Origin: Veleropilina oligotropha | Taxonomy: Eukaryota | Length of the DNA: 64,000 nucleotides | Assembly: GCA_048128005.1 (NCBI GenBank) | Contig: JBEUKZ010000099.1 | Span: forward strand, 124,001-188,000 | Reading direction: 5' to 3' | Shown: positions 25,935 to 38,407 of the stretch, in pieces | Position numbering within the stretch: the first letter of the stretch is position 1 | Layout: every line of letters starts with the position of its first letter | The notes under the pieces: generated by a model | Seen by the model: the letters and a program-made list of their open reading frames with translations, nothing else | Databases searched by the model: none | Told to the model about the DNA's origin: nothing | Program-made: the position numbers and the translations under genes

Positions 25935-26752
25935 CCCTTACTGTGCGGCTGCCGAATACATTCGGGCAGCCAGCCTGTCCCTGTGCGCGGCTACCGAATA
26001 ATCCCGGATTCCATACTAACCTTATAGCAGGCCGTTGCCTCGGCCGTTGTTTCGGCATAGGCGTTCGGGATATGTTCTCGGTGCATGATTGCATATCTGG
26101 GCAAGGTCATAGGTTGATAACATTATCATAAATAGCAATGGCGTCTAGAAAACCGAGACGATACACTGCGGCTGAAACTTTAGAAATTTGCTTGGAGTCT
26201 GACGTCGACTCAGATACGAGTGACGGTGAAATGGAAGAGGACTACGACCCTATCGACGTTAATACATAGTTCAATAGTAAATTACGTTAGCATTTATTTT
26301 TTTAGATTATATTACGTATAGGTAGCGTAACTAGAGTCAACAAACAAAAAGGGGGCGTGGCTATATCAGCTGTTTCACAGTTCAATATAAAATATAATTC
26401 ACAAGCGCAGCACGCAAGTGCATGTGCATGTGACATTGTGTATTTATTATTATTCTGTACTGCAGGTAGTTATAAATAATTTTATAACATTTCTAGTCAC
26501 ATATGTCATGTGTATAATGGTGACTTGAAATATATTTATTTGTATAAAAAAGTAAGTACATGGCATATGGCATTTACATCATAAATAATCTTTGAAACAA
26601 TTACGTAGTACTTATTACTCATAATATATGGTATTACTGTCCATTACCACTATTCCAAACCAGAAAATGATACTTTTCCAAAAAAATCAAAATTTCACAT
26701 GTTCCCCAAAACATTCCCGCACAGGGCCAATATCTGCTCAGCACAGTAAGGG
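25935..26752 (+). mobile_element. piggyBac deletion derivative inside the CR1 RT
   Basis: TTAA|CCCTTACTGTGC...GCACAGTAAGGG|TTAA; removal restores RSCLTNLLEF. Retains an acidic N-terminal stub MASRKPRRYTAAETLEICLESDVDSD at 26138. Confidence 0.92.
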
Positions 26753-27317
26753 TTAAACATGATCGTTTCTCCATAAATCCATGCTGACTGGTGTTTAACA
26801 AGCTATATTTGTTCAAATGGTCTAATATAACATCCTTTAAAATAGATTCCATCATTTTGCCTACTGTTATACTAACAGGTCGATAATTTTGTGCACTAGA
26901 GCGACTTCCCTTTTTAAATATAGGAGTTATATTACCAATTTTCCAATCATCTGGCAATCTTCCTTCGCTAAGTGATTTGCTGAATATATTTGCTATTGGC
27001 TTCAACAATTCATGCTTTCCGACTTTTAAAAACTTGGAATATATACTATCAGGGCCAGGGGCTTTGTTTATCTTTAAGAGGTCTATCTTTTTTTCAATCA
27101 GTGCAGGAGTAATTTCAACCGATTCACAAAAGTTACCAATGTCTTTAAAAATATCTTTTATTGGGGGCATATTCGCGGTATCGTCCAATGTATACACGGA
27201 TGCAAAGTAGTTATTCAAAGATTCTGATATTTCCGCATCATCAGTCATTATATTACCCTTTTCATCTTTCAATGGACCTACGACATCTTTTGTTTTTTGT
27301 TTTGACCTTACATTATA

Positions 27318-28957
27318 TAGGGGTGACTATTGAGGCATATTTTCACTATTGCAATAGTATTGCTATTGGAGAAAGTACTATTGCAATAGTATTGCTATTG
27401 CGGGTGTGCTATTGCAATACTATTGCGATAGTTTCGGACAAGTGCAGGGGTTTCAAAATGGTTTTAAGTAACAGGCGCAAACAGTAAAGTAGGAGGCGCA
27501 TTGTGACAATCATGATTGTGCAATGCCCAACGGTCCCTGGTGGCCTGGTCATGTGACAATGTTAATTATCACATGTCAGATGCAGTTGGTTACATTTGCA
27601 TCAGAATTGTAAAGTGTATTTCTTACCTTAATAGGTGGTTTATAGGGGGGTTCGGTGGATATCCCACGAGAAAATTTTGAATGAACATGACTTCAGTTGC
27701 AATTTGGGTTTCATATTTGAAAGCTTTACAGTAATATACTCTGTATAATCAAGACTTATAACGATTTTTTAAATGTGCAAAATCAAAGAGCCCCACAGCT
27801 CTCTTCAAGCAGCAATTATTCAGTGATTTTATTTTATATATTTTTAAAATTGTACCCTAACTTTTTATTTGCAGTGATGATGCTGTAATATTAATATTGA
27901 TATCAATGTTCAGTTGCTGTTTACTGGTTGTTTAATTTATTTATTTTGCATTTTCGTCAGATAAATGAACCATTTTATCAAATTATAATTTCAGTGGTTG
28001 TTTTGCTTTGGGTGACATGCAAATTAGGTTATGGCAGGTTGCTAAATTGGCAGGTGTTCAATTTTTCAGATCTGCGGATGGCTATTTATAAACAAACTTT
28101 GATGTCCGCGAGGAGAGTTTCAACAAATTTGTCTACTGCATCACAAGCACAATCATTTCAAAAGTGGAAAAACCCAGACATATTTATAGCGATGTGAATG
28201 AATGTTGGCTGTGTTTAATATATTGACATCGGAAAGTAACCAGCGCAAAAGTGAAAGTAGACGGTGAATTGCGCAGGGTGCCGGCACATTTTGAAACCCC
28301 TGCAAGTGTGATTATTATTAATTATGTGAATGTTTATAATAGATACTTAATAAAACATCATTTATCTACCATGTAAATGGAAGTAGAATTTAAGTTTATT
28401 TCCTAATGTGTTTATGTGATAATCAATGACAGTGACAACCATTAATTTATATGACAGGTTAGACTACCTATTAAATCGCCACAAAATTAGCTTTAAAAGT
28501 CTTTGAGAAACATAAATGAGAATGCGTTTTTGAAACTATTTCGATTTTGGATACAACGCGTCACCCCTACTTTTGAATGTGGAATCGGCCACCTGCCTGG
28601 CCTGAGACGTTACTATAGCGACACTGCCACTAAAGTAGGTTGCTGTCACATTATGACAGGACACTTTCTGAAACATTGTGGCAAAGTAGACTGCATTGCA
28701 AAATAATAAAACTTGCTTTGAAGTGAAAGATAACAAATATGTTACGTTTATCAATGTGAGTAATATATTATGATACCGGCGCTTTACAAGTAAAGCTATT
28801 AATAAATTCCTGTTACATTTTATTACTATCGAAAACATCGATAGTTGCAGACACTATTGCCGATAGTTATCGACTCTCAATTTTACTATCGATGCATTGC
28901 ATCGACGGGCTCGTGTATCGCGACTTATCGATAGTCCGATGTATCGTTACACCACTG
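27318..28957. mobile_element. hAT MITE (ATCGAT/CTATTG-rich) inside CR1
   Basis: TAGGGGTGAC...GTTACACCACTG; an inverted sister copy lies at 48312-50811. It splits the LINE at FYAYV|RSK. Confidence 0.9.
27445..28302. mobile_element. MITE with 16-bp TIR and 6-bp TSD (hAT6-like)
   Basis: CAAGTG|CAGGGGTTTCAAAATG...CATTTTGAAACCCCTG|CAAGTG; the empty site is visible in the sister copy near 50685. Confidence 0.95.
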
Positions 28958-30392
28958 AGTTACATATGCATAAAATGATTTTGGATTTTCCTTGACATTT
29001 TTTGCTAAATTTTCTTCAAACATTTTCTTTGCTGCACGGATTTCTTTTTTACATAATTTCTCACACTCCTTATAATTTTCATGATCTTTGGTTTCTTTTG
29101 ACTCCCTGTAACGTCTCCAACGTTTATATTTTCTTCTTACAGATTTCTTTACCTTTCTCGTTAACCAGGGGGGTGAATTATTTTTGCGTCTGCGTTTTAG
29201 TGGAACATTTGCATTCATTATCGCTTCTATGTTTTTACGGAATACTTCCCAAGAGTCCCTAGCATCTAGATTATCAAGATCCTGCCAGTTTATGTCTCGA
29301 AGATCTGACGTTATTTGGTCGATATTCGCTTTCCGAAAATCCGGTATTTCTTGCTTGCTTGTTTTAATAATTGTTTTAATATGAAGCTCAAATTCTATTA
29401 AATCATGGTCGCTGCTCCCTAATTTCCCAATTCCATGTATATTTTGCACCATATTTAGTTCACTAGAAAAAACTAAATCCAAAACATTATCACCTCTTGT
29501 TGGAAAATCAACATGTTGATGCATAAATCCATTCTGTATCGTTGTCAAAAGATCCTGACCCGCTTTCCCACTTTGCATCGAGTTCCAATTTATACCTGGG
29601 TAGTTAAAATCCCCCATAATTAACACATTGTATCCGAAAACTTGTTCTAATGTAGTGTATAGGTTAGTATTGTTCTCTTCTGCGCTATTTGGTGATCTAT
29701 AAACAATACCCACTACAATGGAATCTTTTTTATTATTACTGGTCATAATTTCACACCAAACTGAATTTTGAAAAGTGTTTATCTTAATATCATCACGAGA
29801 ATATCATACGCCATATAAGGCTCGGTTTCGAGATCAAAGGTTCACTTTCGGCGCCCTCATACTTTGTGCTTGTCGGCATACGCCCTATAAGGCTCGGTTT
29901 CAAGATCAGAGGTTGGCACATCTCCAACGGTCGAACTCCAGTCAAAACAATCGCATAACATTAAGCAACTTGCTTGAACTAAACTTTGTTGATAGTTAAG
30001 TAGATATATTGATACTTCTCAGAGAAATAAAGTAATGAACTATGAAATATGGTTTGAAGTTTACAACGATTATCCTTTCGCGATTTGCGCACACAACGGA
30101 ACCGACAAGGACACTATTTACGCTATTTAGCGCAATAAAAATAATTATTACAAAATAAAGATAACATAATTCATTATATATTTGTATTGTTTATCATATT
30201 TGCATGCTACCAGTTGGATTTAGTTCGTGTAATTAGAACCGTTTCGCGAATTCAATATTTGTGATCCCGACTGCCGCGAACTAAAAAACGATGTACGCAA
30301 GTGCAATTGGGCCTAATATAATTAAATAAATCATAATGTGCACATTATGGATGTATATTATATTTGACAGGGGGTCGATTGGGGTTCGATTG

Positions 30393-31413
30393 CAGGCCTG
30401 CACAAATTAAAAATTTGCTTAACCTGGAAATGGGTTAAGCAAATTTTTTTGCTTAACCCATTTTCTTTGCTTAACCCGTTTTCATTTGAACATTATGTTT
30501 TCAAAGTCACTGACTCCAAATTACCTGCCACATTCATTATTACAGTGTAAAAAGTTAAAATTTAACCCACGATCATTTTGCTCCTAACTTGAAAATTGTC
30601 TTACAATATTATGAATTTAAAAATATTACTTTTCATTTAATTTTTGTCCATTAAAAAGTGATCTGCTTTACGGCAATCAGTGGAACATAGTATTTTGAGC
30701 CCAACGATATTATTTGTCATTTTATCATTTCGCATTTTTTCTGATCCAAATGTTTCATGCAACCGCCTATCGCCGATCCGCTTTTTCATTAACCCAACTG
30801 CCGTTCACGTGCGCTTGAAGTATTTTGCGTTTGCTGTCGTCAGCCTGGAATCTTTCTTGTTGCAAAGGTCATAAAATTATAAATTTGCCACGGTAAACAA
30901 TTGTAACTAACAATTTAATTAGCAAGTGTATTGGACAACCAAACGCGTGGCAAGGGTTATGTTTTTTACCATGCACATCGAAGTTTTCCGATTGTGTTCA
31001 GCATTTCATTTCTGTCGTTTTCATTGGCTAACAAGATGTCTATCACTGGGAAATCCCGGAATGGTGTCTATTTTTGGCAATTTTGGCATCTGGTACATGC
31101 GCAATACGCGAAAGTTCTGATTCAGATTCACTGCCTAAATTACTTCCCTTGACAAACGAAGTCGCGTCCATTTGAATTTATAATGTCCGTGTGTGTTTAA
31201 CTTTCGCTACTTACTACCCAGAGAGCATAATATTGCAATTTAGTAAGTAACAATTGTGGAATAAACAAAACAAATAGTTATGTAATGTAAAGATTTATTA
31301 AGGAACAATTTATTATATAATATCTTGCACGAACGGAATTTCGTTCGTCCCATTTACATTTGCTTAACCGGCGCACGAACGAAACGATCGTTCGTGCAAT
31401 TTGTGCAGGCCTG
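30393..31413. mobile_element. MITE with 16-bp TIR and 6-bp TSD
   Basis: CGATTG|CAGGCCTGCACAAATT...AATTTGTGCAGGCCTG|CGATTG, inserted in the right TIR region of the Mutator MITE. Confidence 0.93.
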
Positions 31414-32823
31414 CGATTGGGGTCGATTGGGGTTCGATTGGGGTTAATCGACGTGCCGCTTATATAGCCTATGTATTCACATTAATAACCAAAATATTGA
31501 CTAAAATGGTCATACTTCTCCTCTGCACCACAATTTGAAAAATGTCTGTCATAGATTAATTAAACTTTGTCACATTCAGCATATGTCATTGCTGCATCAA
31601 AATATACCTCATATTTCAAAAGTAACATTGCCCAAAGCCAGTTAATAACAGGTGAGTAGCAGAATTTACAGGTATTTCAGTTCAGGAAGAAATTTACAAT
31701 AAAAGTATTATATTAGTTCTTGTGTTGTTGTATTTTATCAAATATCCATGAAATCCTAATGTCACACATATTAGTTATGAAATGAGAAAAAATAACTGGG
31801 TATCATAGTAATTTATTGCAGGTAATACAGGTAGTCATATGATATTCACACAGTGCCTGCATGTGAATTCAATGCAAATAAACAACTGTGCAACTGCAAC
31901 ATTTATAATTTTGCTTGGCGAAATGTAATGGAAAGTGTTTATAAGTTGTTGCTGCATCAAAATGTACCTCAAATTCCAAAAGATATATTGTCCGAAGTCA
32001 GGTAATGCCAGGTAAGTAACAGAATTTACATGTATTTCAGGAAGAAATTAAAATAAAAGTATTATAAAAGTCCTTGTGTTATTGTATTATATCTAATATC
32101 CATGAAATTCTAATGGCACACATATTAGTTACGAAATTAAAAAAAAAAACTGGCCAGTGGGTATCAGATATCATAAGTGTTTTATTGCAGGTTTTGGTAA
32201 TACAGGTAGGCATATGATATTCTCACAGTGCCTTTATGTGAATTCAAAGCAAATAAACAGCTGAACAACAGCAATATCTATAATTTGGCATGAAGAAATA
32301 AAATGCAAGTGTTTATTGGCCATTTTGGCACCAATGAAATCTAAAAATTATACTTAGGCCTATACATTTAATAATTACAGGTAAAATATATTACAGGTAA
32401 TAAATATCTTATCAATAACAGCATAATCGTTACATAATGCTTATTAAATTAGTTCGATAGAGAATCATGGAACTACAAGAGAGTTAATTTGAATTCCTAT
32501 CATGGAGTTTTCGTTGAATAGGCCTACCTATCATTTTACTTATTTTGAAGCAAGTCGTAACCTGCCGTTGGAGGCCGCCATCTTGAATTTGCGCTATTGT
32601 CAATCTTTCGACTTTCATTTGCCTACCTATTTGTTTTCCAAAAAGATTCTGGTTGGAAAGAAAAAATAATTTAGAAACTTGGCATCTGCCGATTACGTAT
32701 GCGTTGATCCAAGCTGTACTGTAAAGTGCAGTATTAAAAATTCATGTAAAACTTCCGCAATACCACTCGGAGGTCAAACTGTCGTCCTCGTGGCTATTTT
32801 CGTTTGAAGTGGCTTCGCTATTC

Positions 32824-33838
32824 CAGCCCTCGCAATTAGGAAAAATCCAGGTCGGCAAATTTTTGCCGACCTCAAGTCCAACCAGGTCGGCACGAGGTCG
32901 GCAAATTTTTTAAAACTGTTTTCTGTTAACACAATGCTTAAATCTTGTTTAAATACATAATTTAAGAATGTTTTAACCATTGTTTCTCTGTATATTTATC
33001 TTGAATTAATTTGCTAATTTAGCCAACATATGATATTGTTTAAATTTTGAGCGAACGGGAGACTCCCACACACGCGGCATCGCGCACGTGTTACCGTTTA
33101 CCTCACCTGTTCGCGTGACGAATATTGAGTAGCAAAATCTTTTTTTAAATCTCCATTTGGTAGATGATCAAGTGACAATAGAATCAGCAAATATCTTTAT
33201 TTACAATAAGCGCGTGGAATAAATATATGACAGGCAGTTTCACGCTCATGAATGTTATTGCTAAGTCAAATTGTACACGTTATTTCTGCCCGTTGGCCGT
33301 GGTCACTAATCGCGTACCCCGCAGCGACCGACGCGCTGCGTGTTCGTATCTGAATCTGAATAAATACTAAGTACAAGTAGACCCAATTCTGGGATAAAGT
33401 TCATAAGTCTCTAAATCTATTTAAATTAATATTTAATCATTAAATGGTGTCTTAAATTGGTTATATGCCATTTTATCCATAAGAAAGATTACCACATTGT
33501 AAGTTGGAAACATAGCACGTATTATTTTGGAGACGCGATTTGAATCCGTGACCTAGTAATTTATAAATAGCGTACATTTGCGAATGGAGCGCTTGTGTTG
33601 AAAACTTGTGATGTTAAAGATTTATTGGTGAACATTTCAACCAGGATGCACAATATACAAAGTAGGTAAAGAGATACAACTTAACAAGTTATGAATAAAT
33701 ATTGTAATTATTATAATATATATGAACAGACCTTTTAGCAAGATAAATCGAGGTCGGCAAATTTTTGCCGACCTCGTACGCTTGCAGGTCGGCAACGAGG
33801 TCGGCATTGCCGAATGCCGACCTTAATTCCGAGGGCTG
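32824..33838. mobile_element. MITE with 6-bp TSD and GGTCGGCA subterminal repeats
   Basis: CTATTC|CAGCCCTCGCAATTA...TAATTCCGAGGGCTG|CTATTC. Confidence 0.93.
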
Positions 33839-34999
33839 CTATTCCGCAATTCGGTTTACCTTCATCGGTGTCTCAGTTAATAACATCGATGTCAAATTCT
33901 CTGTCAAGTTCATCATAATATCTCCGTTGCATTTTCCATCGCTTCGACAACATTTTCTACTAAAATACCATCCAAATCCGATTCGGAGTCGTTAATATCC
34001 ATTCCGATAAACGTACAGCATTCGCGCTCAGGTAAAAATGACTTTTAATCGAAAAAATTGGCCCAAAACGTATTTTTCAGCCATTTTCAAATGGCGACAT
34101 ACTGGTTCTCGTAAAACTCTCGCAACGGCAATATCTGGGGTCCCATAAAGGTTTTATGTATCATGAGAACAAAATTTGAAATAGCGGTCGGGTTCGGCCA
34201 GTTTAAACATAATGACGTCATAATTACGCGGCCGCTTTCGGCCGGTTTAAATGCTAAAGAGTTAACCAAATTTATTAGCTACAAACCCTCCTAAGTATGT
34301 CAACAAAAATTAGAATAGGGTGTGTGAAATTTCTTAAACGCCAATGTTATTTTATTACGTGAGTTAAATATATATATCGATCATACATGACCCTTGTAAA
34401 TAACAACAACACTGTTAAGTGATATGATATATTATCTTGCTAGGGCCGCGAATCCTCTCTTGGATGACATCGTTTTATTAACTGGTGACATACTCCACCC
34501 AGGCGTGGTATACAAAAGCTTATACCACAGCGTCGCCTGTCAATCAAAATGTTCTCATTTGGAAAACCTTGAGTAGGCATTACTGAAGTCGTCGTCTGCT
34601 ATTTTGAATGTCTTTTCATCATGGTTATGATTATAAATAACAACAGTGTTAAGAACCAAGTCATGAGTTTTTTTAGTAAGGTTTGCATTGTGAAAGCAAG
34701 ATATTAAAATACGTTATCTAGCAACGACTTGGTTAACACGCTGCATTGAATACCTTATAAACAACTTCATGTGGTATTCAATGCACCATGATTATCGCGA
34801 CGTCACTCGACAACTTATATTGCAACTTCTCTTTTGACAATGAAATTTTTGTGCATCAAAAACTTGTCCCAATATGTAACATATAGAGGCAATAAAATTT
34901 AACTTTTGGCATAACCGTTTTGCCGTTCTTGCAGTTTTGTTGTAGAGGAATGATTTTGTATAAAGTTTGGCATGAAAACTATCACTACATCATGTACAT

Positions 35000-35327
35000 G
35001 GTAGATGCACTGGCCTCTCACTCGAGAGGTTTGGGGTTCAACCCTGATCCCGGCGACTTCCCTTGAGCAAGGAATTAAGCATATATTGCCTCGGTTCACC
35101 CAGCGGATCTGAGATCTAAATGGCTACCTTGTTGGCAGTGGCAGAATATGTCAGAATGACTGGTCAAGAGCCTAACAGGCATGTACTTGGCCGTAATACT
35201 CTCAGAGAGAGTTGAGAAGGAATATTGAATGAACAGGCCAATAACCAGGGAATAATAATGTAAGCGCTTTGAGCACGCATCTCGTATGTGTGGGAAAGCG
35301 CAGATAAATCTTAACATTATTATTATT
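35000..35327 (+). mobile_element. tRNA-derived SINE with an L2-like tail
   Basis: GGTTCAACCC B box, CCCTTGAGCAAGG core, and tail AAGCGCTTTGAG...GAAAGCGCAGATAAAT(TAT)n resembling the L2 3' end near 45810-45860. Confidence 0.78.
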
Positions 35328-35625
35328 TAAATTGGACGCCTGGACTTCAGATGTGCTGCATTGTGACAGCATAACATTTTATGAATATTTTCCAACTAAT
35401 AGAGAAAAAGAAGCGTTCTTTTTAATTTATATAGCAATCAACCCGAGAGAAGTGAACTGATATTATTCATCAGACACTGATGAAAATAAAAAGGAGAATG
35501 CGCTCACTGAAAATTAGGAGCAGAGATCCGGATGACCAGACAAACATTTACAAAAGGCGCAAGACACTCGTATTAAGCAATATAAAGCCTATAAGAACAC
35601 TGATAGATATATACTAATCTTAAAC

Positions 35626-36899
35626 AAACTTGTGTGTGTCACTAAAGTGACAATAGTCCCCCGCCTACGTTATCGAGCGCATCTATGAAGCCAAAATGAA
35701 TGTAGGCCTATTGGTAAAGAGCCTCCTGTGACAGGATAAATGTGGTGAAATGAGTCAATGAACCAAATATAAATGAAATCTGTTCATTCTTTCTTGAAAT
35801 ATCGCGCTTAAACAAGTGAATGAGCGAAACAGCAAACTGCATCATGTGACCTTTAAAATGAGGTTAAGGTCATCATAATCGCCTGGGGTCAGCAGTATCC
35901 CTAAATGCATCTATCTACCAAATATAAATGAAATCAGTTCATTACGTTTTGGGATCTCGCGCTAAAAACTGTGACCTTGAATATGACGCCAAGGTCGCTG
36001 TAATTGACTGGGATCGGTGGTATTCCCCAATGCATCTATCCACCAAATAAAAATTAAATCTATTCTGTCTCGAGAAATCATGCTAACAACTGAATAAGCG
36101 AAATAGTAGTGCATCATATGACCTTGATAATATTAGGTCAAGGTCACCATAATGGACTGGGGTCTGCGGTATCCCCCAATACATCTATCTACCTAATATA
36201 AATGAAATTGGTTATTATATCTTGACATATCATGCTAACAATTGAATGAGCGAAGTAGTCAAGTGCACCCTGTGACCTTGAAAAAGAGGTCAAGGTCACC
36301 ATAATCAACTGGTGTCGGTGGTATCCCCAAAGGTATCCATCCACCACATATAAATGAAATTGATTCATTCTGTCTTGCGATATCATGCTAACAACCACTG
36401 AGTGAGAGAAAGAGTAAACTGTACCCTGTGACCTTGAAAATGAGGTCGACGTCACCATAATCGACTGGTGTCGGCGGTATCCCTAAAGGTGTCTATGTAC
36501 CAAATATAAATGAAATCGGTTCATTCGCCAACAACAATTGAATGAGTGAAAGAGTACACTGTATCATGTGACCTTGAAAATGAAGTCAAGGTCATCATAA
36601 TAGACTGGTGTCTGCGGTATCCCTAAAGGTATCTATCTACCAAATATAAATGAAATCAGTTAATTCTGTCTTGAGATATCGCGCTAACAACAACTGATTG
36701 AGCGAAAGAGTAAACTGTACCCTGTGACCTTGAAAATGAGGTCAAGGTCACCATAATCGACTGGTGTCGGCGGTATCCCCAAAGGTATTTATCTACCAAA
36801 TCGGTCCATTCAGTCTTGAGATATCGCGCTAACAAGGTCGGACGGACGGACGGAGCCGAATACTCGAGTCCCCGGCTTCGCTAAAGCGGGTGACTAAAT
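35626..36899. mobile_element. Helentron/HINE-like element with ~156-bp internal repeats
   Basis: TGTCAC..GTGACA hairpin plus AGTCCCCCGC at the left; (GGAC)n and the hairpin AGTCCCC..GCGGGTGACT at the right. TGTGACCTTG recurs at 36271, 36427, 36567 and 36723. Confidence 0.82.
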
Positions 36900-37139
36900 A
36901 GATTTAAACTAGATATGTCAGAGTGACACGAATGCCCCCGCTGAAACAACTGCCCAGGAATGAAATAAATTTGAAGTGAACAGCCATAACTCTCTTAACA
37001 TTACATTTACGCATTTAACAATGTATGTATAAGTATACACACCTATATTCCAAATAAAGTTTCATTCAATGAATGTATTCCGAAGTTATCGTCCTGAATT
37101 GAAAACAAAATTAAATTAATTAAAAGCTATGTCTATTAA

Positions 37140-38003
37140 CTCTTTCACTGCCCAAACCCATTCATAATATTATTCCCAAATTGCCCAGCTTTTGGTGATT
37201 TTCATAATTCTGTCAAAAATAAACTAAGTATGTTACACTTACCAAACTTTCAGTAAATATTCTTTGACACCTTCTCTGAATGTTCTATTGTCAATAATAT
37301 TTATTTACAGAATGATATATATGAAAACAGTCTCCTGCACAAAGGGGTATTTAGCACTTTATGCAATATTTGTGGGTATCCCTTCTGACACCTCTCCTTT
37401 TGCAGACTCTGCAGTTCCTTTGAACATTGGTGCAAGTTGGTGATGGTGGAAAGGTCTCCTGTCTGTGAACTTTAAATCCACCAACCAGCCTATCTGCTGG
37501 GTCATTATTTGGAGCCCTGGGGGGTGGGGCCTGGGATGGTGGTGCTTCACCGTCCGAATCCGACTTGTCACTGTTGTCATCTACAGCTCGATCTGTTTGA
37601 CTCAAACTATCTTCAAAGTCACGTTCTACCTCCTATTCACTTTAAAAATAATCCCTCCCACTGTCATAAGCAGCAATATAGTCGATAACTTCCTCAAGAG
37701 TAAACCGCATGCGTTTACTAGCGCCTGCCATTATTGTAATGTTATGTACGAAAAAACGGGAAGTTTCGCTTTCTATTTATGTCATTGCAATGCCGAGAAT
37801 AACTCGGGAAAGCACTGCATGACCAAAATAGAAGCAGACAGTCGTTGCAACTACGTTGAGAATACGTCAGAACAGGTCAGTGATAGCAGCGCCATCTTAG
37901 AATGACCTATGTAATGAAAACAACATCGATCGTAAAAATACGACTTTGGCAATATGGGGCATGTTTGATAGATCGTAGATATACGACTTTGGCAGTGAAA
38001 GAG
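37140..38003 (-). mobile_element. piggyBac deletion derivative retaining the C-terminal cysteine-rich domain
   Basis: TTAA|CTCTTTCACTGCC...GGCAGTGAAAGAG|TTAA. ORF 37351-37605 reads RL..H..P..QRNCRVCKRRGVRRDTHKYCIKC*VPLC, fused to an acidic N-terminal stub. Confidence 0.92.
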
Positions 38004-38407
38004 TTAAATGAAGTTGGGAATTTATAGAAATCCAATTCCACTTAGATATTCTGATATACATGTGTGTATCAGATTAATTAGTTGAGCCGTTTACGGAGAA
38101 ACTATTGTATTGAGGCTGTCCGTGTGTCTGTCTGTGTGGTGGTGTATGTCCACGCTGACTTTATTATGGTTCAACTATGCTTCCTCTCGGATGCTCTTGT
38201 TTAATTTAAATCCATAAATGCCTGAATATAACGCAGAATCTAAAGCAATCGAGGGACAAACATGTATAACAATAAATGCTCTCCATACTTCGTTTTGCAG
38301 GGGATCGGGCATTAAAGGATTTGTGAACACATAATATATTCTGGCTGATAATAATGCTATCGTATAATTATTTATTCTCTTATTAGTAGTGCCATGATTT
38401 AGATTAT

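Larger units (their letters stand above)
24706..29804 (-). mobile_element. CR1-clade LINE (endonuclease + RT), 5'-truncated and split by two insertions
   Basis: APE motifs YRSP, MGDFN, LDLVF and SSDH (28925-29746). RT motifs [24 protein letters not shown] and LRRIRGD (27272-24792). TCTATTTAAG tandem tail; CATAC duplicated at the ends. Confidence 0.95.
24313..31458. mobile_element. Mutator/MULE-type MITE carrying nested insertions
   Basis: TIR GGGTGCGTCGATTTACCCCAATCG / CGATTGGGGTTAATCGACGTGCCG; 9-bp TSD CTTA(A/T)ATAG. An uninterrupted copy lies at 59645-60435. Confidence 0.9.
24277..34261. mobile_element. piggyBac-type non-autonomous element, outer shell of the nested stack
   Basis: TTAA|CCCTTTAGCATTTA ... 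TAAATGCTAAAGAG|TTAA; contains a diverged ~360-bp tandem duplication near 31589-32300. Confidence 0.8.
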
